Source: Genypterus blacodes
Taxonomy: Eukaryota
Direction of reading: 5' to 3'
Length of the DNA: 64,000 bases
Assembly (NCBI RefSeq): GCF_046128005.1
Contig: NW_027466835.1
Coordinates: forward strand, 4,750,430-4,814,429
In this document: one piece after another, positions 12,043-25,990 of the stretch
Layout: the number at the start of each line of letters is the position of its first letter
Position numbering within the stretch: the first letter of the stretch is position 1
Notes under the pieces: model-generated
What the model was told of the DNA's origin: nothing
Seen by the model: only the letters and a program-made list of their open reading frames with translations
The model's database searches: none
Made by a program: the position numbers and the translations under genes

Positions 12043-15000
12043 TCCTGGATTTGTGTGAAAGGTCCAGTCATCAGTGCAGAGATTATTGGCTCATCAGTGA
12101 AGTTCATTTCTGTCGTCTCCTCGCTGCCGCTAAGCCGTGTTTACAGCCAGGGACGTCACTTCACTTTAATCGGCTTCGCTTGAAGACCAATGAATGAATT
12201 TCAACTTCATTCTTTCGTCGCATTAATCTGGATCGTGGTGACGAGTAAAAATTATCCGTCCTTTTCTCTTTGAGCTCAGAGGAAAATGTCACGGGGCTGA
12301 GGGCGGACATACGAAGGAATGCATGAGTAAAAGACAAACGCTGCACTGAGGAAATCATGGAAGCACTGCAGAGAGTGAATATGGAGCATATATGACCAGA
12401 GCAGAGCAGCAGAATCTGGATTGTTTCCCCCCCCCTTTCCAGCAGGCAGCAAGATCTTGGAGGAAGATGGACACTTTGATGAGTCCCTGTGGGTCCGTCC
12501 CTTCCTGATTTTGTTGAGCTTTAGGGAGACGTGAGCCGAGCTTTACCAGCGGGACCTTCGCAGCTGCAAGGCAAAGAGGGAGAGGGAGGGAGGGAGAGAG
12601 ATGGAGAGAAAACAGGATGACAAAAGTGAGATTTAGTGGCGTAGAGGGAGTGAGATGACCAACAGAAGCATCAGGACAAAGTGTCAGGATGTTTTTCTCT
12701 GACCCCATGTTTTCAGGTTCACGTGCAGAGCCTTTTGAAGTGTTTTATCTGGTCACTTTATAGTTGGGTTAGTTTGCCTCCATCCCAGAGTGATGTCACA
12801 GTGTTTATACTCGGTGTGAATGACGGCCTCCAGCTGATGTGTTGCGGCGTGGAGATGGTTTGGGGAGCAGGGCAGGGCGCTGTGGTGGCTTGTGGTTCCC
12901 AACCACCGAGCCAGCACATTTGCACATTCGCAGGGTGTGGATCCACGGAGTCATCTTGTACTGGTTTTGAGTGTAATAACCCTCCCTCCCTCCCAGCACT
13001 CCCAGGATCCCCCTTCCATGCCTTTCATTCCTGGCCGAGCTCTGAAATACTCCTCTGACATTCCTGTGCGCAAATTCTATACTGCTCGTGATCTGTAGAC
13101 ATGTGTGTTTCTCTGTGTGTGTTTGTGTGTGTGTGTGTAAAGCAGAAGCTGATATTCAACATTCAAGAAACCTTTGTGTCGGGTTCCTATATGATATGAT
13201 TCCCAGATCCTGTCAGAGGCCGAAATCTATGATAAACTGTTTCCTCGCTAAAGGAATTTCCAGCCTGGTCTCTCTTGATTTTAGCACTCACTCTCTTCCT
13301 TTGCACCAGGTTGCTGCTAAAGGCGGGTATTGACATCAACAAGACCACCAAGTCTGGCACCGCCCTCCACGAAGCCTCCCTGTACGGAAAAACAGACGTG
13401 GTCCGACTCCTGCTCGATGTAAGTTCACCCTAAGGCGAGCGATTTCATCATCACTGTTGTCCAGAAGATTCCAGTAAAGTCCACGAGGTCCCACAGTATC
13501 CGAAAGGTCTTGCAGCATATAGCACAGGCCGACTGGAAGGCTTAGAAATAGAATAAATCTGGATAACTCGCTCTAAGTTTATGAGGAAAGGTTTTATTTG
13601 CACAAACATCTACAGGGAAGCTCAAAGGTTTTGTGTTAAAAGCTTAAAATATGAACGTTGTTTTCCCTGCGCGTTGTCTGTCCAGGCTGGTGTGGACGTG
13701 AACATCCGCAACACCTACAACCAGACGGCCCTCGACATCGTGAACCAGTTCACCACGTCCCACGCCAGCAAGGACATCAAGCAGCTGCTACGAGGTTTGA
13801 GTCAAAACAGCCAAACTCTCACCGCACCTCCCTCTCCTTTGGATCCGGAGCCCTCTCGTAAATATCTCACACTGTGTTCGCCGGAGAGTAGAACGGGATA
13901 GGGGGGCAGATATATAGACGTTCACCTGAGACTGGGAGCTGTAATTCACACACACAAGGCAGCTGTGTTTAACTTTTACATGATGTCACCGTAAACTCTT
14001 ATCTGTCAGCTCACGCAACTTCAAAGAGCCTCAAATCTTAGCGCTGTATATACACTGTGTGGAGTTAGATGATAATATATGTGTGTGTGTGTGTGTGAAG
14101 GAGCGTGAGTCTGGGCTCGTGTGTTTGGGCGACGTGCTCTGTAATCCAGTAGGCCTCAGGCTTTTGAAGTGCCTCCCTGCATGGGAACTGAGCACATAAT
14201 TAGCACTGGTGGTGAAGAAGCAAATGCCTGCTTTAAAACACGCAGAGACTTTTGACTTTGTCTTCGTTTACTGAGGCAGCATGGAGAGTTGGAGAAGTTT
14301 ACAAAACCTTCCTCATCACGCTGCGTGGATTAATTATTGACGTTCCTTGTAGTGGCCTCGTAAAGCTGTTAGCTACTGGGTGACTGGGAGGAATAAATGG
14401 AATGAATCAGGCAGTATTGTGACTGTGGTGCTGCATTTCCTCTTTAAATTAGTTTAGGTTTGTGCTTTCCTATGGCCACATTTACTTTTTTGAGCATTTG
14501 CAGAGGTTTTAGGAGCAAAGGAGTGAAATTAAATCAACATATTTACTAAGCTGCTGCACTGAGATGTTGAGGTTCATGTGGAAAACGAAAATCCTGCTTC
14601 TGCACATATGATTCCCCCAGAAACCCCAAAATGCAGTGGACCCAGTAACAGGTTGTTCTCTGCCTGTTGTCATATTAAACACACGGACCCCCACAGCGTC
14701 TTCAGTCTTAGAAGTCATCATGATAGCCTGTGGAAGCTAACTCTGTATTCATTTCTGTACAGATGCTACAGGCGTTTTGCAGGTCAGAGCTCTGAAAGAC
14801 TACTGGAATCTCCACGACCCCACCGCTCTCAACATTCGAGCCGGTGACGTCATCATGGTGAGTCTCTCAGCGCCGACACCAAAGCACCCGGAGTAAGTCA
14901 GGCGACACACCAAACCCAATGTCTCCCAGCTTTCAGAGGCAGGTGGAGACAAGTCTGTTTTATACAAATCCTCCTGACTGACTGACACACACACACACAC

Positions 15001-15832
15001 ACACACACTGGCCCAAAGAATTTCCCCTTTGGAGTGTGTGAGTGTGGTCTGTGTTACAGTGAAGCATGAAGCCTGCTTTGGGTTAGAAAATGCTTCCCTC
15101 AGGCTCAACACTTCATCTCACACTCTGCACGTCACACTGAATGCATCTTTACAAATGTCTGCAGGAAAACATTGGATTTGACTGTAGTTGGGTCTCATTT
15201 TACATTCGCCTCTCTCGTGATTTCTGGAACATCCTGGAAATGCCAGAGGTGAATTCCAAAGTATCGGAATAGGCAGGAATGTGATTTAAAGCGTAAAAAG
15301 TGCTCCGTCTTCTTACATCCAGTTAATTTTGATGAGTCGTTTACTACTCGGTTCAATCAGTTTTGCGCGACTCCCCTGAAAGCCAGGATGCGGGAAAAAG
15401 AAAATAGGAGCTGCAGGGGCCGGCCGCAGGTCTGTGGGCTTCATGTTAGGACTCGCACGGTGTGTAATATAAACCTCAGAGCCAACACCTCACTGTGCTG
15501 CTGCGTTCACAACCTTTATATACGACACAAACTGGGAGATGTGGGTTTGGGAACAGGATATCAGAATATATCGGGGGTTTCACTGGAGAGATTCTTTTAT
15601 GTCCCAAACAAAGGGGGGATGGATGACAGGAACGGTCCACAAGGGGCCCCCCTGTGACTCACTGCTCCACTTTGACCCCTGCAGGTTTTAGAGCAGCACC
15701 TGGACGGGCGATGGAAGGGCCACATCCACGACAGCCAGAGGGGGACGGACAGGGTGGGCTTCTTCCCTCCCTCCATCGTGGAAGTCATCAGCAGGCGAAG
15801 TGGTCAGTAACACACACTCACACTCACACTCA

Positions 15833-15887
<55 letters not shown>

Positions 15888-18800
15888 CGAAGATGTACCA
15901 TACGGATTCAGACGACCTTAGCTTAGCCTCACCCACCTTCATCCCTTCATGGTGTTGCTCCTGGACACCCTGCAAGTTACAATAACCCCAGTTTCACCGG
16001 CAGAAGTCTGTGTCAGGAACTAATCATCAACCAATCCTCCAAACCATCCCATGCTTCCACTCCGTCTGTCTGTTTTTCCCTCTTCTGCACACACCTCCAC
16101 AACCATCCATTCCATGTAATTATTGACCTCCACCTCTAACCATCAGCTTGATAACCTCCTCTTCCTCCTCTTCCTCCTCCTCCTCCTCCTCCTCCTCCTT
16201 CTCCTCCTCCTGTTGTCCTCCCTGTCTTGCCCTCTAGGGGGCACCCTGTCCCGGCACGCCTCTCTGCCCTCCCATCGCCAGCAGCTGCTCTCCAGAGCCC
16301 CCCTCTCCTCCAGCCTCAGTTCTGCCCCTCAGACCGACGACTCCTACACTCTGTATGCCCCGCCCACCCACGTGGTGCTGCCGCTGACCAATGGCCTCAG
16401 CACCAGCACAGGTATACACACTGTGGACACACACCATTTCCCACGTCAGGAATCACACACACAAACACTAACACACGTGTTCATGTTCACTTGGTACCTG
16501 GTTTTGATAACTGAAATATCCTGTTTAATGTTTGATCTTATTATCCTGGGCTTGTTAGAATTAGTGCTTTATACATCAACTTCATGTTACTGATATAAAG
16601 ATGCTTCAAGCCCAAATCTGAAGCAGATTCACTAAATCTTAGTGTGATCAGAACCTGGATTGTCCTCGAAGAAACCTGTTAAGTGACCAGTCAATATGGC
16701 CAAAAAGGCTTCAACTTCATTTTAAATCATTGAAACCTGTATAATCAAGTGACTCTGTGTTCCATGTAAGAATTTTACCTTGAAAATGACAGAACAAGAC
16801 CAATAACCTGGATGCTAGTTTGCATGTAGATGAGAACAGTTCTTAGGCACTTGCTGAATGAAGAACAAGACGGCGTATTTGCTTGAAGGTTGCCTGGAAT
16901 CTTTCACCGGTCCTAAATGAAAGTGCATCGTCGACAAATGCAGAACCTGCATCCTCAGACAAACCCAATAGAAACTCTTTCCACCCATCTTCTGTTGTCT
17001 TGCCAACACCCTCTCAGTCAGCCCCCTCCCCCCTCCCCAGTGACAGAATGCAGACCCATCAGTGTTTGTGTCTGATAGGTCTGTCTCCAAGCTGCCTCTC
17101 TCAGCCTGGATGTCCCTTCGAGGACATTTGGGTGCTCAGGGACTCGTGCAATGGTAAGAGCCTGGAATCGTACCATCGTCTTGCCCCTGTCCCGTATCTG
17201 GCTGCCTAGCTGCTCCCCTTTTTTTTACGCTCTGTATCCCTGTAACATCTGCTTCACACTGAACTTTGAGGTCAGGACGCCTCCCTGCCAGTACTTCTTG
17301 TTGTTCTCCCTGCTGCCATAGGGGGCGACACCAGTTCATCCCTGTTGGTAGTTAAGACCTCAATCGGATAAATGGCAAAACTTTGTAGAGTAAAAGCTGA
17401 TTCGGAGCTCCATAAGCCATAATAAACTCCCTCAGGGATCTTCTGATGTATTTGATTGAAGCCCTCAGTAGAGCCTGTCATGTGATTTTGTTCTTTTAGC
17501 CTCTGACACTGTGTTCATCTCTAGATGGTTGTTGATTAACAAAGCAAAATCTCCATTACTTAGATTGTTTGACCCCAAAATCAAAACTAATGAATGAAAT
17601 AGCCTCATGTGGGTGATTTAATGATCTAATGAGATACTTTAATGTTCAAATATAAAGCATGAGCATAACTAGAGAGCGACGGATGAACGCAGGCCAGCAG
17701 CATCGTCACTCTGGACGAGAAAACAAAGCTAGCATAACATTCACCTGCACCTCTAATCCAATCAATGTAATGACTCAACCTCATATAAAAGCCATAATCA
17801 GAATGAAATGGGCATAAATCCATCTAGATTACGCAATTGCAATCGAAGCGATGCATGTATGAAAGGCCAATGAGAAGTTTGTTGATCATAAAATCACCTC
17901 CAGTGTCTTTACCTTCCTTAGCTGTGTGTTAATATGGAGTTGACAGACAGACCGTGTGTGAGTCACCTGATCACTATATAGTAAGTAAGCATGACGTCAT
18001 CTACAGCACAGAGGTCAAAGAGTTCTCCTCATTCCTCAGGAGCTTCATGAAAACCTTTTGGGAGGAAACTTTCAGCTGTGTCCTTGTAGCACCTTTAGGA
18101 GTCTGTGCCACCACAAGCAACCTCCACTTGTATTCCCTCGCTTTCCCTTTTTCCTCTCGTAAGCCGATTAAGTAAAACCGATTCATGTTAACCACTTGAG
18201 CCCAGAGGGGAAAACATGACATTTACACTGTCTGAGAGAGGAGGGAACTTTCACAACTTTATCCACAAAGCTATAGACATACAGTATGTAGCCAGCAGAA
18301 GTCCATCTTATTTGTATTTTTATCATTTTCCACTTTAGCACAGAGGAGAACTGCAGCTCCCCGTGTGCGAGTTCTCCTCAATCTTCAGGAGCTTTCAGGA
18401 AAACATGTTGGGAGGAAACTCTTAGCCGGGACCTTTTAGCGCCTTTAGGAGATTTAGCGCTGTGTGAATTCCGCCCTGGACCTGCATTAGTTGATAACCG
18501 TGCTGCAACCCTCCCTTCCCTAAAGCCTGATGCTATTGGCTATATTACTGTCCTTGATCCACCCATGCCTGCAGCTGCGCTCCCTTGCTATGCCACAACC
18601 CCAAAGCCGACCTCCTCCACAGCACAGCTTTAAAGCAGAAACCAGCGCCTTGCCCGTCACTCCCGTCGCAGGCTCGTTGCCCCCCCCCCCCCCCGTCCCC
18701 TCAGCCTGCCACGACCCAACAAACCCGCAAAGAGACACCTGCCAGCTTCATGCCGTCCCACGTGACTTTGTCTCTTGCTAATGTGCTGTCAAGATGTCAA

Positions 18801-21800
18801 GGCTCAGATGAGACGAAACTGGATGAAGGACAGAACAAAAGGGAGTGTGAGATCTAATGTTCTCCGCCTCCCTACTCCATATCTATGAATATCTGTTTTG
18901 GTCTGACTCTTTGTGTTGCTCCCTCCCTTCCACTCTCCCGCTCTGTTCACCTCTTCCCTCCCGATCCCTCTCCTTCTCCATCCAGCTGGAGACAGGAACA
19001 GTGTTGGCAGCACAGGCAGTGTGGGCAGCACCCGTAGCGCAGGGAGTGGACAGAGCACCGAGAGTAACAACGCACCCAATGGCCTCCATCATAACAGCAC
19101 TCACCATGACAACGCTAACAAGGTACTGGGTTATCACAAAGAAGAAAATGAATAGCAGCTGTTAGCAACTACACTCAACAGGGATGTTTGTCAAAGCAAC
19201 TATAACTTATTTGATTGAGAGTTTGAACTATAGATGACCGATGATTTATTTAGCAGTTTCTTTCTTGGCAGTTCTCAAGTTGATAAGAGTCTCAAAGAGT
19301 TTGTGTTTATCTGTGTGCAGCCAGCGACCTCTGCTGGTGACTCTGGACACCCAGAGCCCAACAAACAGCCTGACCAGAGCACAGGTACGTCTTACTGCTT
19401 TATTATCCCTGAACATCACATACTGATGATTACATTAGAATATCATATTAGACTAGAACTAACATGAGCATCAGTTTCTCAAAGACAAAGACAAAACAAC
19501 ATGTTCAGATGAGAACTACACTCTGTGATAAGTGGAAGTCCAGGTGATAAGATGTAAATAAAGAGAATTTACAGATTATGTAGTACTAAAAGATAAATAC
19601 TTAGTACTTTATTTATGTGTATATATTGTATTTTGTTTGTAAAAAATGATGAGCAGTATAATTGTTTTTCCTTCATGACACTCTATGTTTTCTTTATGTA
19701 ATGATAAACTGATGTCCCCCGAGTCTAAAACACATCTGGATGCACATTCTGATCGGTTTCCCTGTTATGTTGCTAGGCGGGACCCCTCGGCGGATGTTGA
19801 CCATCCAAAGGCCCGCAGAGCAAGGCTTCTCCCAGCAGTTTGTCCATCCTCAGCAACTGCTGGAAGGCAAGGTGAGGATAACAGATACCTGATCAAATAA
19901 ACTGAAAGACAAACCTATGCTTCCTTTGGACAGCATAAAGTGTAATTTGAGCCGCAGAGATGAGTCGATGTTTCACAGATGTTACCGTTTGTTTACAGGA
20001 TGCAGAAGCCATCTATCAGTGGCTGAGGGAATTCCAGCTGGAGCATTACACAGCAAACTTCATTAACGCCGGCTATGATGTACCGACCATCAGCAGAATG
20101 ACTCCTGAGGTGCGGCCCACACCAGAATATTCACTCATAAGTTTGTTTAGTAGAACATGAACACAGCTCTGAATGAAATGTGCTGAATAATTCTAACGTC
20201 CTGTGTGGCTGCAGGATCTCACTGCCATCGGAGTCACAAAACCAGGCCACCGCAAAAAGATCTCCACAGAGATAAACAACCTGAACATCCCTGAATGGCT
20301 GCCAGAATATATTCCTGTAAGCTCTTCAATGTTTATGTGTAGCATGCCAACACATCAGGTTGATGTCCGAGCACTGAGTCACTTAACTGCATTTGTCTCT
20401 TCTTCCCCAGTCTGATCTGGGCGAGTGGCTCAGTGCCATCGGCCTCCCACAATACCAAAAGAAGCTGTCAGAAAACGGCTATGATTCCATCACTATTGTC
20501 AGAGACCTGACATGGGAGGACCTGCAGGAGATAGGCATCACCATGCTTGGTATGGACATGGATACAACCTGTCACTTTGAACATCCAGCATGTAATGAAA
20601 ACACTTTTTTTGTGTTGGATTTATGCTGACTAGCTTTACATTTCTATGGTTTTATAAACCCTGCAGGCCACCAGAAGAAGCTGATGTTGGCAGTCAGGAA
20701 GTTGTGTGACATCCAGAGGGCGATCCTTCAGGCGGAATCAAGCCACGGGACGCTGCGACGCAAAGCCCCTGGAGCCCTCCACCTTGTTGCCATTGAGCCA
20801 CCTGATGCTGGGCTTGATTGCTCTTCACCTCATACCCCAAAGATGCTGACCTTCCAGGACAGCGAGCTTAGCACAGAGCTGCAGACAGCCATGTCCAGCC
20901 ACTATGGAGGCTGCGAGGATGGCTTTGCCTTCAAGCACGCTGTGGGCATGTCCCAGAGCCAGGAGAGTATTGATGCCAGATCCAGAGGCTCGGGTCGCTC
21001 CCAGGAGCCCCCAACTGCCTGCATCACTCCCCACAGCCGCTCCCAGGAGAGCCTGGGCTGTGCCAGCCTGGAGGACAGCCCTGCCAAGGAGACCAACATT
21101 CCAGAAGGCTGGGACCACAGGCACCAGCAGCAACCACTTCCCAAGCAGGTGCCCCTGGGCACAGCCACTGTGTTTAAGTATCCAGCCATTCCAGCCAAGC
21201 CTAAACTCTCTGGATCTCACGGCTCCTCCCCTCACGGCTCCCCGCTGAAAGGTTTCAGCTACCTGCATTCACACTGTGGCTCCACAGAGCTGGAGCGCGG
21301 CTCATCTGCCAGACGGAATCACTCCATGACCCTGGCACCACCCAAGAAGCGGACACACAGTTTAACCCGGTATGCTCTCTCAGACGGGGAGCCTGATGAG
21401 GATGATGAAGAGCCCTGCATACCTTCTGGAAACCTGCCCTCCTATGCCACCTTGACACGCAGGCCCGGTCGCAGTCAACTGGCACGATTACAGTCCAGCC
21501 CAGAGAAGAATGGCAGCGTTGGACGCAGTCAGTCATTTGCTGTTCGCGCCAGAAAAAAGGGCCCCCCTCCCCCCCCTCCAAAGAGGCTGAGCTCAGTTAG
21601 CAGCAATGCCAGCGGTGAGCTGAGTGACAGCTGTACCATGCCATCACCCAGCTGCGTGGTGACAGACAGCCCAAGGAGTGTCAGGAGCATTGCAGCGTCT
21701 CTAGAGACCAGTACAGAGACGAGGAGCCCCCTGGTCCAAAGATTAGACCTCATCCAGCAGGAGCCTCCTCCCCCTTCCCTCACCTCTGCAGGCCAGGAGC

Positions 21801-23087
21801 CCAGAGATGCTGCAGGAGTCAGGAGGAGGGTACAGAGTGAGTGTGTTACTGCCCAGAGCAACAGCACAGACCTGCAGCGGGGATTTAGGTCAGACTCAGA
21901 GGAAGAAGAAGCCAAATGTCGGGGACTGGAAGGTTCTTCTTCCCCTCAGAACAGTTCCAGTGAGTGCATCCCATTCGCAGAGGAGGGCAACCTGACTATA
22001 AAACAGAGGCCTAAGGTTGGTGGACCGCCCAGAGCAGAGGCCGTGCTGGAGCCCCCAGAGAAAAGAGGAGCCAAGAACCAAGAGGTGCCTGAGTTTAACC
22101 TGAAAGAGTCGGACACAGTGAAGCGCAGACATAAAAACAAAGAGAAAGAGCAGGCAGGTGGCTCCCCCAGCAGGGAGGGAGCGGAGGAGTCGGGCAGCAG
22201 CAGGCCCGCATCAGAGAGCCAGGAGGAGGTCAGCCTCAGGATCATTGAGTCCAGTATGGAAAGACCACAGAGTCCTGCTGCAGCACCGCCCATCAAACCT
22301 CCTGTCTCCTCTAAACCCCCCACCATCGCCCCAAAACCAGTCCGCCAAAGTCTGGTGGCAGCACAAGGTAAGAGAAACGCATCTATGAATTCTGTCAGCA
22401 ATCTGGTTCTGTGTCCAATTTAAACGCCGTCACTGATCAATTCCAGTATTTGAACTCATTTTGCGTCTTGATTCTGTGCTCAGCTGTAGCAGCCTCTGCA
22501 GGTGTGACTGTCAGCGTGGTCCAAAGTGTGGCCTTTACCTCTCCATCAGCGCCATCCTACTACCCCCCCGCGCCGACCCCTCAGAGCCCGGCGCTGTCAG
22601 CAGCAAGGCCTCAGGTGTGTGTCGTGGGCCCGGGCCCCGTCCCCGAGTCCTCCTCCGGGACCCAGGTGGTGCAGCAAAGGCTGGATCAGACCAGCACGTC
22701 ACTGGAAGCTGCTCTGAAGGCCGTCGAGAGAAAACTCAAGTTGGAGGACAATTTTGACAGGTAAGAGGCCAAGATTCAGGATAACAGAGTTTCTCTTCTG
22801 TTGCTATATTGTATCTCTCCACCGCTGCTCCACATCAGCTACAGGAAGGAATGTAGAATGGACCCAGAACCACACAACACAATGTATGGAAAAATGTGAA
22901 AATTCCTCTAAATTAAGTTGGACTTAGATACGGATCATTTCACAGTATTTAAACTTCAGTATCATTATTTATATATTCTTCTCTCAGCAGCGGAGCAAAC
23001 ACAGTGAAGTCTGCCGGGACCATTCTGGATGACATCGGCAACATGTTCGATGACCTCGCAGACCAGCTGGATGCCATGTTGGACTGA
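6133..23087 (+). CDS. caskin2: CASKIN-family scaffold protein (CASK-interacting protein), most similar to CASKIN2. Partial: the 5' coding exons were not identified in the window.
   Basis: The domain order across the exons is ankyrin repeats, then an SH3 domain, then SAM1 and SAM2, then a long Ser/Pro-rich low-complexity exon, then the conserved CASKIN C-terminal domain.

GT-AG exons with consistent phases, approximate coordinates:
- Ankyrin repeats: 6133-6230 ([33 protein letters not shown]), 6788-6933 ([12 protein letters not shown]...[11 protein letters not shown]), 8531-8626 ([32 protein letters not shown]), 11098-11228 (VAQLLLSS...[16 protein letters not shown]), 13310-13418 ([36 protein letters not shown]), 13686-13794 ([36 protein letters not shown]).
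- SH3 domain: 14763-14857 and 15685-15802 ([24 protein letters not shown] / [33 protein letters not shown]).
- Linker exons: 16238-16411, 18986-19122, 19311-19374, 19777-19871 (...[13 protein letters not shown]).
- SAM1: 19999-20109 ([37 protein letters not shown]) and 20215-20316 ([16 protein letters not shown]...).
- SAM2: 20411-20549 ([47 protein letters not shown]).
- Large low-complexity exon: 20666-22367 (about 1.7 kb; [12 protein letters not shown]... Ser/Pro-rich).
- C-terminal exons: 22484-22760 (...[21 protein letters not shown]) and 22991-23087, ending ...[23 protein letters not shown] (the conserved CASKIN C-terminal domain). Confidence 0.85.
11990..12041. repeat. (GT)n microsatellite in a caskin2 intron
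   Basis: Direct reading. Similar shorter (GT)n/(CA)n tracts lie at about 853-896, 8635-8680, 15838-15886, 28868-28892 and 29222-29250. Confidence 0.85.
16150..16237. repeat. (CCT)n / pyrimidine tract forming the extended polypyrimidine region of a caskin2 exon acceptor (exon at 16238)
   Basis: The sequence cctcttcctcctcttcctcctcctcctcctcctcctccttctcctcctcctgttgtcctccctgtcttgccctctag precedes the exon. Confidence 0.8.
17990..18475. repeat. Two diverged copies of an about 140-bp interspersed or tandem repeat, about 350 bp apart, within a caskin2 intron
   Basis: Copy A (about 17990-18130) reads agcacagaggtcaaagagttctcctcattcctcaggagcttcatgaaaaccttttgggaggaaactttcagc...cacctttaggag. Copy B (about 18335-18475) reads agcacagaggagaactgcag...gagttctcctcaatcttcaggagctttcaggaaaacatgttgggaggaaactcttagc...gcctttaggag. 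The shared core is about 80% identical. Confidence 0.6.
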
Positions 23088-25184
23088 ATCTTCCCGCCCA
23101 CATGCCCACCCTCAACCTCAGGACGACAAACACATTAAGAGAAAAAGTGGAAGCGGAGGGACGGTTCTTCCCCCACTGCAGTAAAGACGAGCGTGTTGGT
23201 CCATAGATGGAGGAAACAACTGAAACTACAACAAACGCTTCTCATGGTGTTTCCCACCCTGACACACCAGCACTTACTCCATCTCCTCTGTGCTCAGTGA
23301 GGCTGATGAACCAGGATTCCTCTCTGCTGGGGATGCAGTTTCTGAAAATATTAATTGATCTCCTCAGATTCAATCCTCATCTTTTGCTCTCTTCCTGGTG
23401 ACCCAAAAATGTGTGTAGTAGCGTTCCATAACCAGTCCACTGTGAGAAACAAACACTATCATGATTATACACTAATATTCTACTAAAGAGCCGAAGCTCT
23501 GTCTGTCATACGACATTAATCACTGTGTCTGACCATTTCAAACTTTACCTTTGTCATTTTTAAAAGCTTATATCCATTTTTATACCAAGTGATTTTAGCC
23601 GTGTTTTGTCGATCTTCCTCGTGGCTCAGTGCCTGTGTGTGTGTCTGTGCTGTTAGGACTGACATTTTCTACATAAGTGCGTGTATCACTTCTAGGTTTA
23701 TGAAGCTACGTATGTAAAAACTGTAAAATGCGCAATGATTTTTATACAAAGGGAAGAAAACAAAGCATGATCAGCAGCTGTCTCGTAAACACTGCCTGTA
23801 TGGAGTTCATCCTTGTGTGTACAGTGATAAAGTATTCATTTTAATTTAGTCAAATTAGTATTTAAATTAGAGTTATCTAAATATGTATATTGTATACTAG
23901 AGGTATATACAGGAGCATATATACAACCAAAGTTCTTTGTACAGTTTTTCTTCAGTTTTTCCACCAACATTTCCTTTAAAAATGCAGGATCCTGATCTCT
24001 CAGCTTCTTTGCTTTTTGTAAAATGAATTGAAATGTTGAAAATATTATTTACTGTTCTTTGGAAACGGTTAAAGGTTTCCTCTTCTTGTCCAGGCTGCAT
24101 TGTATGGATCATCCCTCCATATTAGGCATGCAAATAAGTGTACCTTTCCAACACGTGTCATTTGTATACCTGTGATTGTGGACCCTGGTGTGTGTGTGGT
24201 TTGTCCTGTGAATGTGTTACTGGTAGCTCTGTGTGAGTGGGATCCTCTCTTTTTGGATTTCCTTTTACATGTGATGCTCAGGAAAAATCCTCCCCACGTG
24301 TTTCAAGGCTTTGGGTGAGATCCGATTGCAGACTGACTGACTGACTGACTGGATCTGTAACAACACCTTGGAGAAGAGCGATGCTGTGTGGATCGCTGCA
24401 TTTGTGCCGATATTCTGTGTTGACAATTTCCCATGTTGAAATTTAAGAAGCATTCATTTTGTCTTTTCTGGGGGGAAAACCTCTGAAATGATTAGAATGA
24501 TGATAAAAAAACTTTTGAAAACTGACCGGAATGTTACAGGACAATACTCGTCTACCCCCTGGTGTGTGTGAGGTGTGTGTCTGTGATGCATGTTGTCCCT
24601 TGTGACTGGGTTGCAGAGCGCTGTCTGTTATCTCTCTGGATGTTTTCCTGCCCTGTTTACGATTAAATATTTGCCCCCTATTACGCCGCTCACAGTGTCC
24701 AATCACAGTTGATCTCAGAGGCCTCGTGGTGACGAAGATCTTATCTTTTCTGAACGATCTCCACATGTTGATCACCAGGTTACACACACGAGTGAAAGAA
24801 CCTCAGGCAACTACAGACAAATCATGACCTAACTATCATAAGGTTCCGTTTTGTTTGAAAATGACTTCAGCACATAAACTTGTGATGAAAGAAAGCTTCA
24901 TGTTGGTCTTGTATTTTACAAATATATGGCTTTAATCTTTAAAAAATTCTTAAAAGTTGTAAAAGTTCAGCTAGATGGAGTAGCAAAATTAAGATTAGAT
25001 AAGATTATATGATCTAATCTGATATTCTGTCTATACTTTTAATACATTCTATAATCTATTAAAAAATGTATTAGTAATGTAATTCCCCAGTTCTTTACTC
25101 TTACATATAAAGCCACTTTTGGTTGTATGTTTATGTTGTGCTGTTCCACAGTCAGACACTAGGGGGCGCGCCTCTGTGAATCTA

Positions 25185-25814
25185 TCCAAAGAGCGCTGAT
25201 TCGTTTACACTCATGTGTGTTGCGGCCCACATGGCCTCCTTCACCATGAGCCGCGGGTTGTAGAAATTGGCGACGCAGCCTCGGATCTCCGAAGGAAAGC
25301 TGCTGCTGTAGTGATACTGGAAGTATCCGAATGAGCCGCGGTAGTCCACTTTTCCATACAGCATATCCAGGTGGCAATGTGAGTCTATAAAGCTGGTCTC
25401 CTCGTGAAGGGAGGAGGGTCTGGCCCATGCAGGCTTGCACCCTGCAGATAACCTTCTGGAAGGCTTGACGCTCCTTGTATAGGAGGTGGTTGGGAAATGC
25501 GCATCTAAGTGCCTGCGTGTGGCTGTGGAGTCCAAGGAAGAACACAGGCTGTAACGGGACGAGTGGCTCCCAAGTGCAGATCTGCTGGAGTGCAGCGGCA
25601 GAGCAAAGGAGGCCTCTGAAGGGCCCGTCTTAGGGGAGCGAGGCGAAGGGCTCCAAAGGAGGCGGGGCGAATGTGAGGAAAACCTCTGCGACAGGGAGGA
25701 ATGCAGCTCAGCGTCTGCAGATGCTTTGTTTTTCCTACGAGAAGGCTGAAGGTCCTTGGGCGTCCACAGAATATCTACTGTGTTTCTGGCTGTCGAGGAA
25801 CAGAGTGGAGACAT
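25185..25814 (-). CDS. tatdn2: TatD-family DNase exon (tatdn2-like). It has a long Ser-rich N-terminal extension followed by the TatD N-terminal metal-binding motif. The rest of the TatD domain is absent from the window.
   Basis: The minus-strand ORF ends in ...FIDSHCHLDMLYGKVDYRGSFGYFQYHYSSSFPSEIRGCVANFYNPRLMVKEAMWAATHMS. The HCH motif plus YSSSFP is diagnostic of TATDN2-type TatD nucleases. It is preceded by an S/R-rich low-complexity region, as in vertebrate TATDN2. A candidate GTAAAC donor follows ...THMS. No further TatD exons were found between 23.1 and 25.2 kb. Confidence 0.6.
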
Positions 25815-25990
25815 ATTCCAGCTCAGGGAGGGACGAGTCAGGAGCTTTGACCTCTGGCCCCGGAGAAACTGACCACGCGGACGAGTCCTCTACTTGTAGC
25901 ACCGCATTCTGAAATAAAACAATAGTAATCTGTAATCTGAATAAACTGAGTGTAATCATCAGAAATATTACTGTAAACATGATATCCCAG

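Noticed and set aside
16123-16593. Plus-strand 156-aa ORF with a poly-Leu stretch.
   Set aside because: Only the central part (16238-16411) is a real caskin2 exon. The poly-L is the (CCT)n polypyrimidine tract upstream of the acceptor read in-frame.
20825-22401. Several overlapping 60-150-aa ORFs on both strands inside the caskin2 large exon.
   Set aside because: They are alternative-frame and antisense ORFs of a GC-rich, Ser/Pro-rich coding exon. The CASKIN frame (20666-22367) is the one supported by homology.
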